A stretch of DNA of 60,691 nucleotides, counting the filler. It is 7 parts of 7 records of this genome, joined end to end, with 100 filler letters (N's around TTAATTAATTAA, not from the genome) between each part and the next. Parts side by side here need not be neighbours in the genome. Positions count along the whole stretch, not along the records: positions 26,795 to 32,371 come from SRR31156797_34408; positions 32,472 to 42,358 come from SRR31156797_34412; 5 more parts are not named here. One strand, 5' to 3'. Shown piece by piece: positions 29,005-37,934 of this stretch. Each line of letters begins with the position of its first letter. Position 1 is the stretch's first letter. The notes under the pieces are model-generated. The model made no database searches, was not told the DNA's origin, and saw only the letters and a program-made list of their open reading frames with translations. The position numbers and the translations under genes were made by a program.

Positions 29005-29400
29005 ATGTCATTGATTCTTGACGGTTTATTAACTAACGTGTATCGTTCCTTTGATGTAAGAAGTGAAAATGACGTTTACGATCGCCTGGCTGTCAGCGTA
29101 ACCGGCGATCAACTCGCGAATATATATCTTGAAAACCGGATATCTCTGGAACTCGAAAATAGGGGCGGCGCCAGGGCCAGGGTCGATGAAGTGGATATCC
29201 TTAATATTCATGATATCGGCAGATCGGACGATACAGGATTTATCGTTGACGCCGAGTGGACAGTCGGAGGATCCGTCAGTCACTTTGGCCATACCCATTA
29301 CCGGCAAAACAAGTATCGGGCGAAAGTTTGGATAATGCCGATTGATGGAACCTGGAAGATTAAAGACATTGAGCTGATTGACGAGAAGCGTTTGCTTTAA
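29005..29400 (+). CDS. Conserved hypothetical protein (probably the C-terminal remnant of a longer gene)
   Basis: NVYRSFD.R.E.DVYD.LA.SV.G, GGARARV, W.V.GSV.HFGH.H.R.N.Y motifs; no clear RBS. Confidence 0.6.
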   Translation: MSLILDGLLTNVYRSFDVRSENDVYDRLAVSVTGDQLANIYLENRISLELENRGGARARVDEVDILNIHDIGRSDDTGFIVDAEWTVGGSVSHFGHTHYRQNKYRAKVWIMPIDGTWKIKDIELIDEKRLL

Positions 29401-29438
29401 TATCAATGTGAATGCGGATGCGGAATAGGGAAGGGGAC

Positions 29439-30107
29439 ATGATTCAGATAAAGGACCTGCGATTTCAATACCCATCAGGCAACTTTCGCCTTTCCATCCC
29501 GGAATTTCTGGTGGACAAACATGAAAAGGTCGCTGTTATCGGGCCAAGCGGGTCCGGCAAGACAACCTTGCTCAACCTTGTGGCCGGCATTCTGACTCCA
29601 AAAAGCGGCAATATCCTGGTAAACGGTTCATCCATTGAGAACCTGAACGACGCCCAAAGGCGGGAATACCGCATATCCAGCATCGGTTTTGTTTTTCAGG
29701 ATTTTGAACTTTTAGAATACCTCAATGTTTTGGACAATATTCTTCATCCGTTTCGGATTACCGGCGCCTTGAAACTGAGTCGCGCCGTTAGAACACAGGC
29801 CGCGGCCCTGGCTGAAGAAATGGGTATTGGCGACAAGCTTAAAAGAGGCGTCACTCTTCTTTCCCAGGGTGAAAAGCAACGGACCGCGATATGCCGGGCT
29901 TTGCTGCCTCAACCCAAATTGATACTGGCCGACGAAGCAACCGGAAACCTGGACCCGGAAAACAAATTGCGCATCCTCGACCTATTATTTAAAGCAATTA
30001 AAGACCATGACGCCACGCTTCTGGCCGTCACTCACGACCATGAGCTGCTCAAGCATTTTGACAGGGTTGTGGATTTCAGGGACTTTCGTGTAGGGAGCGG
30101 CGACTAA
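29439..30107 (+). CDS. ABC transporter ATPase (LolD/MacB-type)
   Basis: GPSGSGKTT, IGFVFQDF.L, LSQGEKQR, LILADEATGNLD, VTHD. Confidence 0.93.
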   Translation: MIQIKDLRFQYPSGNFRLSIPEFLVDKHEKVAVIGPSGSGKTTLLNLVAGILTPKSGNILVNGSSIENLNDAQRREYRISSIGFVFQDFELLEYLNVLDNILHPFRITGALKLSRAVRTQAAALAEEMGIGDKLKRGVTLLSQGEKQRTAICRALLPQPKLILADEATGNLDPENKLRILDLLFKAIKDHDATLLAVTHDHELLKHFDRVVDFRDFRVGSGD

Positions 30108-31285
30108 TGGACAGCCTCTATATCGCCTGGCGCTACATCCGGTTTTACAGAATAAAGACCATCGTCCTGGTCTGCTGCATAACCCTTATTACGTTTTTAC
30201 CATTTTCCTTACAGGTTCTTCTCAATGAAAGCGAGCGCCAGCTCTTATCACGTGCAGTCACGACTCCCTTGCTGGTAGGCGCCAAGGGCAGCGCCCTGGA
30301 CCTGGTCATGAGCACTCTTTATTACGCGGATGAAGCTCCTGAGTTTATCACCATGGAAGCCGTCGACCGGATTATTGACAGCGACCTGGCCGCCCCTATC
30401 CCCATGTACGTCAGGTTCAAGGCCCGGGGGCATCCGGTTGTGGGCACGACTTTTGACTACTTCGACTTCCGCGGGTTGAGCATTGATAAAGGACGCGCCC
30501 CGGCTGTTCTCGGCGAATGCGCGTTAGGCGCCAAGGCCGCGGAAGCTTTGAAATTGAACGTGGGAGACAGCCTGGTTACATCTCCGGAAACCTTGTTTGA
30601 CCTGGCCGGCGTTTATCCCCTAAAAATGAAAATCGTCGGCATTTTTGGGAAAAACCATACCGCAGACGACCTGGCAGTTTTCGTGGATGTCAAAACAGCC
30701 TGGGTCATCCAGGGATTGGGGCACGGCCACCTGGATGTGACCAAAACAATCGATCCCACTCTTGTGCTAGACCGGACCGATTCCAATGTGGCGGCAACCG
30801 CCAAGCTTTATCATTACACAGAGATCACCAATGAAAATATTAATTCATTTCACTTTCACGGCGATACATCGGGCTTTCCCATCAGCGCCGTCATTGTCGC
30901 CCCTTACGACCATAAATCCTCGGCCATACTGAGGGGCCGCTTTCTGGCCAAGAGAGAATCCCTGCAAATTCTTAAGCCGGAAGAAGTAGTCGACAGTTTG
31001 CTCGAAAATATTTTCCGTATAAAAAATGTATTGGACGCCGTAATTATGGTCGTGGCCATGGCTACGATCCTGGCCGTCATCCTTGTTTTCACGCTGTCAT
31101 TAAGACTCAGGCAAAAGGAAATTCAAACAATATTTAAAATGGGCTGCAGCCGGTTGACTGTTGTCAAGCTTGTTACAGCGGAAATACTCATTGTTGTTAT
31201 TGCAAGCGCGGTTGTCTGCGGCGGCCTGGCGGCTGTAGTAGATTTCTATTCAAATGATTTGGTCAGGCTTTTGGTGATAGGTTAG
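30107..31285 (+). CDS. FtsX/MacB-like ABC permease with His-rich periplasmic domain
   Basis: One N-terminal TM, large loop (LLVGAKGS.LDLV, GLGHGH, FHFHGD), three C-terminal TMs. Confidence 0.88.
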   Translation: MDSLYIAWRYIRFYRIKTIVLVCCITLITFLPFSLQVLLNESERQLLSRAVTTPLLVGAKGSALDLVMSTLYYADEAPEFITMEAVDRIIDSDLAAPIPMYVRFKARGHPVVGTTFDYFDFRGLSIDKGRAPAVLGECALGAKAAEALKLNVGDSLVTSPETLFDLAGVYPLKMKIVGIFGKNHTADDLAVFVDVKTAWVIQGLGHGHLDVTKTIDPTLVLDRTDSNVAATAKLYHYTEITNENINSFHFHGDTSGFPISAVIVAPYDHKSSAILRGRFLAKRESLQILKPEEVVDSLLENIFRIKNVLDAVIMVVAMATILAVILVFTLSLRLRQKEIQTIFKMGCSRLTVVKLVTAEILIVVIASAVVCGGLAAVVDFYSNDLVRLLVIG

Positions 31286-31315
31286 GAAATTAGGCCAGAA
31301 TTATAGAGGTAAAAA

Positions 31316-31693
31316 ATGAATAGGTTTTTTTCTTTTGGATTGAAGCTCTCCTTGCTGTTCATCATTGTTGGCGCCGCCTTTTTTCTTTTTCCTCAGACGT
31401 CAATTGCCCACAAGCTATCCGTTTTCGCCTTTGTTGAAGATGATGTTTTGATTGTTGAGGGAAGGCTTCCCAAAGGTAAGCGGCCAGGGCAGGGCTCGGT
31501 TCAAGTCTTTAACGGAAAAGGCAAACTATTGATCGAATCGGAAATAGGACCCGGCGGCGAGTCGCGTTTCCCTTTGCCCGAGTGGGAAACAGGCCTCAAA
31601 ATAATACTGGATATCGGAGACGGCCATAAGGCGCAATGGATTTTAACGCCCTTGGACATCGAAGAACAATTGAATAAAAGCAAATCTGATTAA
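31316..31693 (+). CDS. Exported protein with N-terminal His after the signal peptide (CbiL-like)
   Basis: SIA-HKLSVFAFVE..L.VEG and D.GDGH.A motifs. Confidence 0.55.
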   Translation: MNRFFSFGLKLSLLFIIVGAAFFLFPQTSIAHKLSVFAFVEDDVLIVEGRLPKGKRPGQGSVQVFNGKGKLLIESEIGPGGESRFPLPEWETGLKIILDIGDGHKAQWILTPLDIEEQLNKSKSD

Positions 31694-31716
31694 CGGATAA
31701 TTGGGGAGCGTTCGAA

Positions 31717-32371
31717 ATGAAAGTATTGAAGTTGAACCTAACTGTGAAGCCCGCCTGTTTTTGTCTTTTGCTCTTTTTTATTGTATTAACCAGTTTATCC
31801 TATGCCCGCACCGCTGCCTCCGCGGATCTACCGGCAATCTACGTGGTGAATTATCCCCTAAAATACTTTGCCGAACGAATTGGCGGCGACCATGTCAAGG
31901 TCGAACTGCCGGTCCCTGCCGATATCGACCCGGCCTACTGGGAACCGGAAATTGCCGTTATTACCGAGTATCAAAAAGCGGACCTGATTCTCCTCAACGG
32001 CGCCGGGTACGCCAAATGGACCAAAATGGTCAACCTGCCGCGATCAAAAGTTGTAAATACTTCCCGGCGATTCAAGGACCAATACATTATAAGCGACAAG
32101 GTTGTAACTCACAGTCATGGACCGGAAGGCGAGCACGCCCACGAAGCCTTGATGTTTACTACATGGCTTGACTTTAAGCTGGCCGCCAAACAAGCGGAAG
32201 AAGTATGCAGGGCCATGATCAGAAAACGGCCTGGTTTGAAAAAGGAATTTATCGCAAACCTTGGTTCCCTGCAAAAAGATCTGCTTATGCTCGACGCCAG
32301 ACTCGAATCCATTGTTTCAAAAAACTCTTCCCTCTCTCTTATTTTTTCTCATCCTGTGTACGATTATTTGA
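31717..32371 (+). CDS. ZnuA/TroA-type metal-binding protein (truncated)
   Basis: YPL.YFAERIGGD, DPA.WEP, ADLILLNGAGY, HSHGPEGEHAH, TWLD, SHPVYDY. Confidence 0.9.
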
Positions 32372-32471
32372 NNNNNNNNNNNNNNNNNNNNNNNNNNNNN
32401 NNNNNNNNNNNNNNNTTAATTAATTAANNNNNNNNNNNNNNNNNNNNNNNNNNNNNNNNNNNNNNNNNNNN
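32372..32471. other. Artificial contig linker
   Basis: N-run, TTAATTAATTAA, N-run. Confidence 0.98.
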
Positions 32472-32780
32472 GATAATGACCTTTGACCGTTCATGCCAGC
32501 GCCATCCCGAAGAAATCCCTGCCGGGGTGATAACGATCTGATCCTTGTGATACATGAAATTCCGGTGCTCGCCGTCCCGCCAGTTTTCAATCCTTTGGGG
32601 CGTTTCCTTCAGGTTCAGGATGATATGGTGCTGGTCAAAGACCCGGGTGGGCATTTCTCCGGGCTCGGCCTCAAAGTATTCAAGGGTCAGGAGCTCGGCT
32701 GCGGACGGCCGTGCCAGGGATGCGCTGTCGAGCAATGGAGACGAGGGGTAAATGTCTTGGTACCGGGTTTTCATTTCCAC
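32472..32780 (-). CDS. Probable AraC-family regulator N-terminus (truncated)
   Basis: Cupin-like QHHIILNL...WRDGEH...IVITPAG...WRW pattern; HTH not visible; divergent from a flavodoxin-like gene. Confidence 0.65.
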
Positions 32781-33137
32781 TCCTTTTCCGGTTCACTTTA
32801 GCGAAACAGAACAAGTATGCCACAGTGGGGACCGCCGTTCAACGGCAAACGGATACCGGCCATTAAATCGCATGATCCTTCAAAACTTAAGCAACATCAT
32901 TCAATATCATCCTGCCCGCTGATGCTAAAAAACGACCTGTACGACACTCATTCCCGGCCAGACCGGGCAGGTGGGGATCTAAAGGCGGTTGAACATGACT
33001 GGCATGTTCAACCCGCCATCGTAAGGACAGGAGATAAAAAACGCGTTTGAGTTTAATCTTCCTGCCCTGGTCAAGGAAATGACCGTTGCAGATATGAAAG
33101 CCATTCTTGAAGCAGTTTATCAATGGGAGAAATTTGT

Positions 33138-33458
33138 ATGAAAGTGGTTGCATTCAATGGGAGTGCCAGGAAAAACGGCAATACCTCCCTTCTTATGGAG
33201 ACGGTGTTCAAAGAGCTCGACGCCCAGGGCATTGAAACCGAAAAAGTAGATGTGGGTGTCAAACCGGTGCGCGGATGTATCGCCTGCATGAAATGCTGGG
33301 ATAACAAGGACGGGATGCCGTCCTGCTGGACCTGGACGGCCTTGGGTGAGCCGGCCGGCAGGGTGTCGCTGAATGCCCGGATCCTCTGGGAGTTGATCCG
33401 GGACTCCCGGGATCAGCGGTTGAAAATTTCAAAATACCATGTACATCTCCAGGAATAA
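33138..33458 (+). pseudogene. Truncated flavodoxin / iron-sulfur flavoprotein family gene
   Basis: MKVVAFNGSARKNGNT...GCIACMKC, then loses similarity; no AD.II.GSP.Y segment follows. Confidence 0.75.
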
Positions 33459-33500
33459 AAATGATGACACGGCACTTTTGAGCTAATGCTAAAAAAGGCG

Positions 33501-33529
33501 TTGATTCCCTGTTGATGGTCTGCTATGAA
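33501..33529 (+). promoter_or_regulatory. Sigma70-like promoter
   Basis: TTGATT-17 bp-TATGAA with TG extended -10. Confidence 0.5.
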
Positions 33530-33567
33530 TACCCTGGTGTCAGGTAATACTTAAACCAGGGGCGATC

Positions 33568-33627
33568 ATGCTGAAAAACAAACCAAAACGCGTAAAAGTC
33601 TGCCGATGCTGGTGGCATGGTCGCTAA
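33568..33627 (+). CDS. Putative 19-aa leader peptide MLKNKPKRVKVCRCWWHGR
   Basis: AGGGG RBS, ATG 33568, TAA 33625-33627; clustered TGC CGA TGC TGG TGG CAT codons. Confidence 0.6.
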   Translation: MLKNKPKRVKVCRCWWHGR

Positions 33628-33631
33628 TTCC

Positions 33632-33685
33632 TTCCTTTTCATTCAAGCCGTATATCGTTATCAATTTATCTGAATGGAAAAGGAG
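33632..33685 (+). promoter_or_regulatory. RBS-sequestering hairpin
   Basis: TCCTTTTCATTCA (33633-33645) pairs with TGAATGGAAAAGGA (33671-33684) with one bulged G, overlapping the AAGGAG Shine-Dalgarno. Confidence 0.7.
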
Positions 33686-33692
33686 TTAGAAA

Positions 33693-34523
33693 ATGGAATT
33701 TCAAATGATTCATGTCCTGGCACTGCTTGCAACCGGTGTCGGTGTAGGACTTGCTTCCGGCCTTCTGGGGGTCGGCGGTTGCTTTATCATGGTTCCGGTG
33801 CAGTTCTGGGCCTTGAACGCCATCGGGGTTGATCCCACCATCGCCATCCGCATCGCCTTTGGCACAAATCTCATGGTGGTGCTGCCCACCGCCGTCAGCG
33901 GCGCCATGGCCCACCATAAAAAGGGGGCGGTCGTCTGGCGGGCGGGGATTGTCCTTGGCCTTACCGGCGCCATTGCCGCCTTTTTCGGCGGCTGGATCGC
34001 CTCGATGCTCCCGGGCAAAGTGTTGACCGTCACCTTTGGCCTGGCCGTCATCCTCGGGGGAATCCGCATGCTCACGGCAAAGCCGCCGGCCATTGACGAG
34101 GAACCCTCCGATAACCTCCTGGCCTATGTGGCCTGGGGCATTCCCCTGGGCATCGTCTCCGGCATTGTCGGCATCGGCGGCGGTGTGCTGATCATTCCCG
34201 TCATGGTGTTCTTCCTGAAATTCAAGATGCACCAGGCTGTGGGCACATCAACGGCCCTGATGATCTTCACCGCCATGGGCGGGGCGCTTTCCTACTTTAT
34301 CAACGGCATCGGCGTCCAGGGCCTGCCGCCCTGGTCCACCGGGTACATCAACTGGCTCCAGTGGATTCTCCTTGCGGGATGCAGCATTCCTTCCGCTGTC
34401 ATGGGGGCGAAGATCGCCCACCTGATCCCGGCCAGACAGCTCAAGTACCTTTTCATCACGGTCATGATGTATATGGGCCTGAAGATGACAGGCCTTTTTG
34501 CAGCGCTTCACCTGCCGCTTTGA
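33693..34523 (+). CDS. TSUP (TauE/SafE sulfite exporter) family membrane protein
   Basis: Duplicated SGLLGVGG / SGIVGIGGG motifs, AFGTNL and AVGTS. Confidence 0.93.
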   Translation: MEFQMIHVLALLATGVGVGLASGLLGVGGCFIMVPVQFWALNAIGVDPTIAIRIAFGTNLMVVLPTAVSGAMAHHKKGAVVWRAGIVLGLTGAIAAFFGGWIASMLPGKVLTVTFGLAVILGGIRMLTAKPPAIDEEPSDNLLAYVAWGIPLGIVSGIVGIGGGVLIIPVMVFFLKFKMHQAVGTSTALMIFTAMGGALSYFINGIGVQGLPPWSTGYINWLQWILLAGCSIPSAVMGAKIAHLIPARQLKYLFITVMMYMGLKMTGLFAALHLPL

Positions 34524-34528
34524 TCCAA

Positions 34529-34563
34529 AGCCCCCGGGATATGCCTTCCTTATCCCGGGGGCT
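34529..34563 (+). terminator. Strong hairpin after the TSUP gene
   Basis: AGCCCCCGGGATA...TATCCCGGGGGCT. Confidence 0.65.
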
Positions 34564-34744
34564 CGCAAATCTTGCCAAAGCATTCAACCATGGGGGAGGA
34601 GCTAGATGATTAACATTTATCAGTATCCCTTATGGTTTTCATATCTATTGTTAATTTAATAAAAGACAATGACCGTGATACGTCACTCCTGGTGCTTGGA
34701 AAGTGCCGAATTTATATTCCATTATTCATTATAGGAGGATTAAA

Positions 34745-36250
34745 ATGGTCAAGAGAATAATTAAAGGTATTTCTGTTGCTTCGGCGATAGGTTTGACGTT
34801 GATGTCGTCGGGCTGCAATAGTAATAGCCATGATTCAGATGTGACCCAGAAGGAGACGGATGTAATCAAACCTGGTTATTGGACTCAAGCAAATATACCC
34901 ACCTCATCGGTTGCGGACAGTTATGAAATCGGTCCTGCCGGAGTAAATAATCCCTATGTTGTCAATGTAATCGAAAATATAGGATCAGGACTCTATATGG
35001 TCGAAGAGAATGGTGAAAAAGTGTTTTATTCGGTGACCGATGCCGGACTGGCTGTCAAATGCGAGTTATTTGAAACCGGTGAGGATTTTAACCCGGATGG
35101 TGAGCGAGATGATTGGGGGGCCAGTGGAGACGGGCTTTTTTGTGTTGACGAAGATGGTGCGCCATCCAAAGATGGAAAAATTTATCCGGACCCGACGTTT
35201 GAGCCTAAAATTGTCAAGTTCGAATTGACCGCCGACGGTATTCATCTGCTGCAGACTATTGCCATCAGGGGCACGACCATTATCCCTCCAAGGGTGGATG
35301 AAGCCCGTGAGACTTCAGCGGGAACGAATGAAGACTTTGCAACGGAGTACCAGGCGACCATGCCACACAATTTAACCGGTGAAGTGATACCGCACAGCCA
35401 GGAGGGGATTGACCCGGAAGCCATAATTGTTCTAATTGACGGCAGCTTCTGGATCGGTGAAGAGTTTGGTCCGTCATTGCTGCATATCTCGGCTGAAGGA
35501 AATATAATCGAGCAGCTGGTCCCGGCGGGGACGGAGAATACCTACCTGGGTTCGTCCCACACCGTACGGTTTGTCCTGGATGAAATGACCAAAATGAGAA
35601 AAAGAAATCGCGGTATCGAAGCGATCGCCTATGACCAAGGGAAGAATCAGCTGGTTTACATTATGCAGAATGCGTTGGCGAATCCTGAAGAAAAGGTTCA
35701 CAGACAATCAAACCTTCATCGGATGTATACGATCCAGCTGGATCAAAATGGAAATTTTGAGTCGCTCCTGAACGAATATGTTTATCCGGCAGCCCCCAGT
35801 TTTGCTGGTCCGTCGAAGCAGAAAAATGTTCGCATCAGCGAAATGCGATACTTTTCTGAAGGACAGTTCGTTGTGCTTGAGCGAGATAAACAGAACAGTG
35901 ATGATCCCGGCTATACCAACCAGGTAATGTATCTGGTCGACGTCAATGGCGCGACGGATATTTCTGGCCTGGGATACGATGACCTTGAAGTCAAAGCACT
36001 GGCTGGCAATCCTTATGATGTTGCGCCTGTTATCAAAACCGAGATTTTCGCCAGTGATGCATCGGGTAATTCAGCGGATGATATGATGATGCCGGAAGGC
36101 ACTGAAGGGTTTGTGCTGTTGAATGATGAGGGGGACGTCGTCTTCATCAGCGAAAATGAATACGGCCTTGAAGGACGGAATGGCCATGTGAAAATCATTA
36201 ATATCCCGGCGCTTGCCAAGGCTCCTGTTCAGGATTCGACGGGAATCTAA
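34745..36250 (+). CDS. Phytase-like esterase family lipoprotein (beta-propeller)
   Basis: Lipobox MSSG-C; GIDPEAI, FWIGEEFGPSL, R.RNRGIEAIA, MQNAL, ISEM, VLERD, EG motifs. ATG 34745 after AGGAGG. Confidence 0.85.
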   Translation: MVKRIIKGISVASAIGLTLMSSGCNSNSHDSDVTQKETDVIKPGYWTQANIPTSSVADSYEIGPAGVNNPYVVNVIENIGSGLYMVEENGEKVFYSVTDAGLAVKCELFETGEDFNPDGERDDWGASGDGLFCVDEDGAPSKDGKIYPDPTFEPKIVKFELTADGIHLLQTIAIRGTTIIPPRVDEARETSAGTNEDFATEYQATMPHNLTGEVIPHSQEGIDPEAIIVLIDGSFWIGEEFGPSLLHISAEGNIIEQLVPAGTENTYLGSSHTVRFVLDEMTKMRKRNRGIEAIAYDQGKNQLVYIMQNALANPEEKVHRQSNLHRMYTIQLDQNGNFESLLNEYVYPAAPSFAGPSKQKNVRISEMRYFSEGQFVVLERDKQNSDDPGYTNQVMYLVDVNGATDISGLGYDDLEVKALAGNPYDVAPVIKTEIFASDASGNSADDMMMPEGTEGFVLLNDEGDVVFISENEYGLEGRNGHVKIINIPALAKAPVQDSTGI

Positions 36251-36285
36251 CATCATACGATAAGGTGTTCACAAATGTAACTTCG

Positions 36286-36325
36286 GTCGTCCGGGTGTCC
36301 ATACACGCCCGGACGGCTCGTTTTT
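36286..36325 (+). terminator. Intrinsic terminator
   Basis: GTCGTCCGGGTGT...ACGCCCGGACGGC followed by TCGTTTTT. Confidence 0.65.
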
Positions 36326-36381
36326 GGGATGCCGTTCTGCTGGACCTGGACGATCCGGCTACCTTCGGCCCGGCAGGAGTA

Positions 36382-37062
36382 TCACCAGCCCAACTCCAGT
36401 AACAGGTAGGGATGGCTTTGGGTCTCCGGATCGCCGAACCTTAGCGCCGGGTTGCCGGATTCCCTGTCACGCCGGGATGGGGGCGCATAATCCAGCAGAT
36501 AGATCACCGGTCCCCACTCCCGGTCTCCCGGGTCCGTAACGGATTGTATCAAGGCGGCGGCATTGAGCAGCTGCCTGGGGTGCCTGTCCGGATTTCCCCT
36601 GGAATAGCGTCCTGACTTATTGTTGATGACCCAGGTTTTATTTTCATGGTCATTGATGATTTCGCCCCCGATGCGCCCCGGAGCCCCGCCAAGTGCCGAA
36701 ACGTGGCCGTAGTTCTCCACATTTCCCCTGGTCCGGCTGTAGCCGTCTTCCGGGCGGGTAAAGTTTTCCGGATATGTGCGTCCCCGCGGGTGGGGGACCA
36801 CTGAAATAATGCGTAAATTTCCCTTGATATCAATCACCCAGTCGTAAACCGGGCATGCCGGATCCAGAACGGCCTTGTGCTTTCGAGTGGACACCTGTAA
36901 ATAGGGATTCAGCATGACCCTGTCCCTGTCATCGACCTCATAGTACTTGATGTGCAGGGGCAGGGACGGCTTCCCGTAAAGCCGGTCCAGTTTCCCGGCC
37001 CGGGCGGCCGCCGCATCCAGACTTAAGAAAGATAAGAAAACAACAAATATTATTTTTTTCAT
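36382..37062 (-). CDS. Exported hypothetical protein, paralog A
   Basis: Signal peptide MKKIIFVVFLSFLSLDAAAA; GH.S...G...RIGGEI and WVINNKSGRYS motifs shared with the neighbouring ORF. Confidence 0.8.
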   Translation of the reverse strand: MKKIIFVVFLSFLSLDAAAARAGKLDRLYGKPSLPLHIKYYEVDDRDRVMLNPYLQVSTRKHKAVLDPACPVYDWVIDIKGNLRIISVVPHPRGRTYPENFTRPEDGYSRTRGNVENYGHVSALGGAPGRIGGEIINDHENKTWVINNKSGRYSRGNPDRHPRQLLNAAALIQSVTDPGDREWGPVIYLLDYAPPSRRDRESGNPALRFGDPETQSHPYLLLELGW

Positions 37063-37151
37063 TCCTGTTTTCCTTATATATAATGAAAAAGATAGGACCG
37101 GCGGGATGACCTTGTCCGAAAAATTCAACTGTCGCAGCTTTTTTTGAGGAA

Positions 37152-37191
37152 AAAGGCCGGAGAATCGGACTCCGTTGATTCTCCGGCCTTT
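37152..37191 (-). terminator. Intrinsic terminator between the two paralogs
   Basis: AAAGGCCGGAGAATC...GATTCTCCGGCCTTT, with a T tract on the minus strand. Confidence 0.7.
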
Positions 37192-37220
37192 ATGCATTGG
37201 GGTGTTACATGTGCGGCAGT

Positions 37221-37934
37221 TTACTCAGGAACTTTAACGAGAAGATAGGGTTTTTGCTTTTTCTTGGGTTTCAGGTATTTGACCTTGCCGCTGTCCTGAT
37301 ATTCTTTTTGGGTATCGGCGTTGCCATAGGCCAGGCGATACCGGACTTCGCCCCAGGGGCTGCCCGAGGGGTTGACGGTTACCATGATCAGCCTGGCGGC
37401 GTTGGCCAGCTGCTCAGGTGTGCGGTCGAGGTTTTTCTTTGAGTAACGGCCGGATTTGTTGTTGATTATCCAGGCGCCGTCCTCAAACAGGATTTCCCCT
37501 CCAATCCGGGCGACACCGCCGGCGACCCCTGACGTGTGGCCGAATTTATCCTGGGGGTCCACTTCATAGTACTTGACATAGGAAGGCAGGGTAAGGGTGC
37601 CGTAAAGCTTGTCCAGTTCGCCGGTCCCCATGGCGGGAACATTGGCGAATTTATAGCCGTTGTTCTTGGACGCGGGCCAGTAATGGAGCTGCGGATTGCC
37701 ATACCCATCCAGGGGGATTTTGTCCGCTTCCGTAACCCGGGCGTTTTCATAGGCAAGGATGGCGTCTCCCAGCAGCTGGACCGCTTTGCCTTTTCCCATG
37801 AATCCCCTGGCTTCCAGCTTGAAGTTACCGTTTTCATCACGGCCTTTTTCTAACTGTTGATTGAAAGAAGAATTACCGGTTCCTTCGATTATCCATGGCG
37901 CTTTGCTGAAATGCGGCAGCGCCGTCGATGATTC
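37221..37934 (-). CDS. Hypothetical protein, paralog B; frame open back to the stop of the CYTH gene
   Basis: First ATG at 37799, but 45 further sense codons extend to 37934, in frame with 37935-38759. Shares LD.LYG...LP..KYYEVD and RIGGEI...INNKSGRYS with paralog A. Confidence 0.7.
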   Translation of the reverse strand, partial: ESSTALPHFSKAPWIIEGTGNSSFNQQLEKGRDENGNFKLEARGFMGKGKAVQLLGDAILAYENARVTEADKIPLDGYGNPQLHYWPASKNNGYKFANVPAMGTGELDKLYGTLTLPSYVKYYEVDPQDKFGHTSGVAGGVARIGGEILFEDGAWIINNKSGRYSKKNLDRTPEQLANAARLIMVTVNPSGSPWGEVRYRLAYGNADTQKEYQDSGKVKYLKPKKKQKPYLLVKVPE

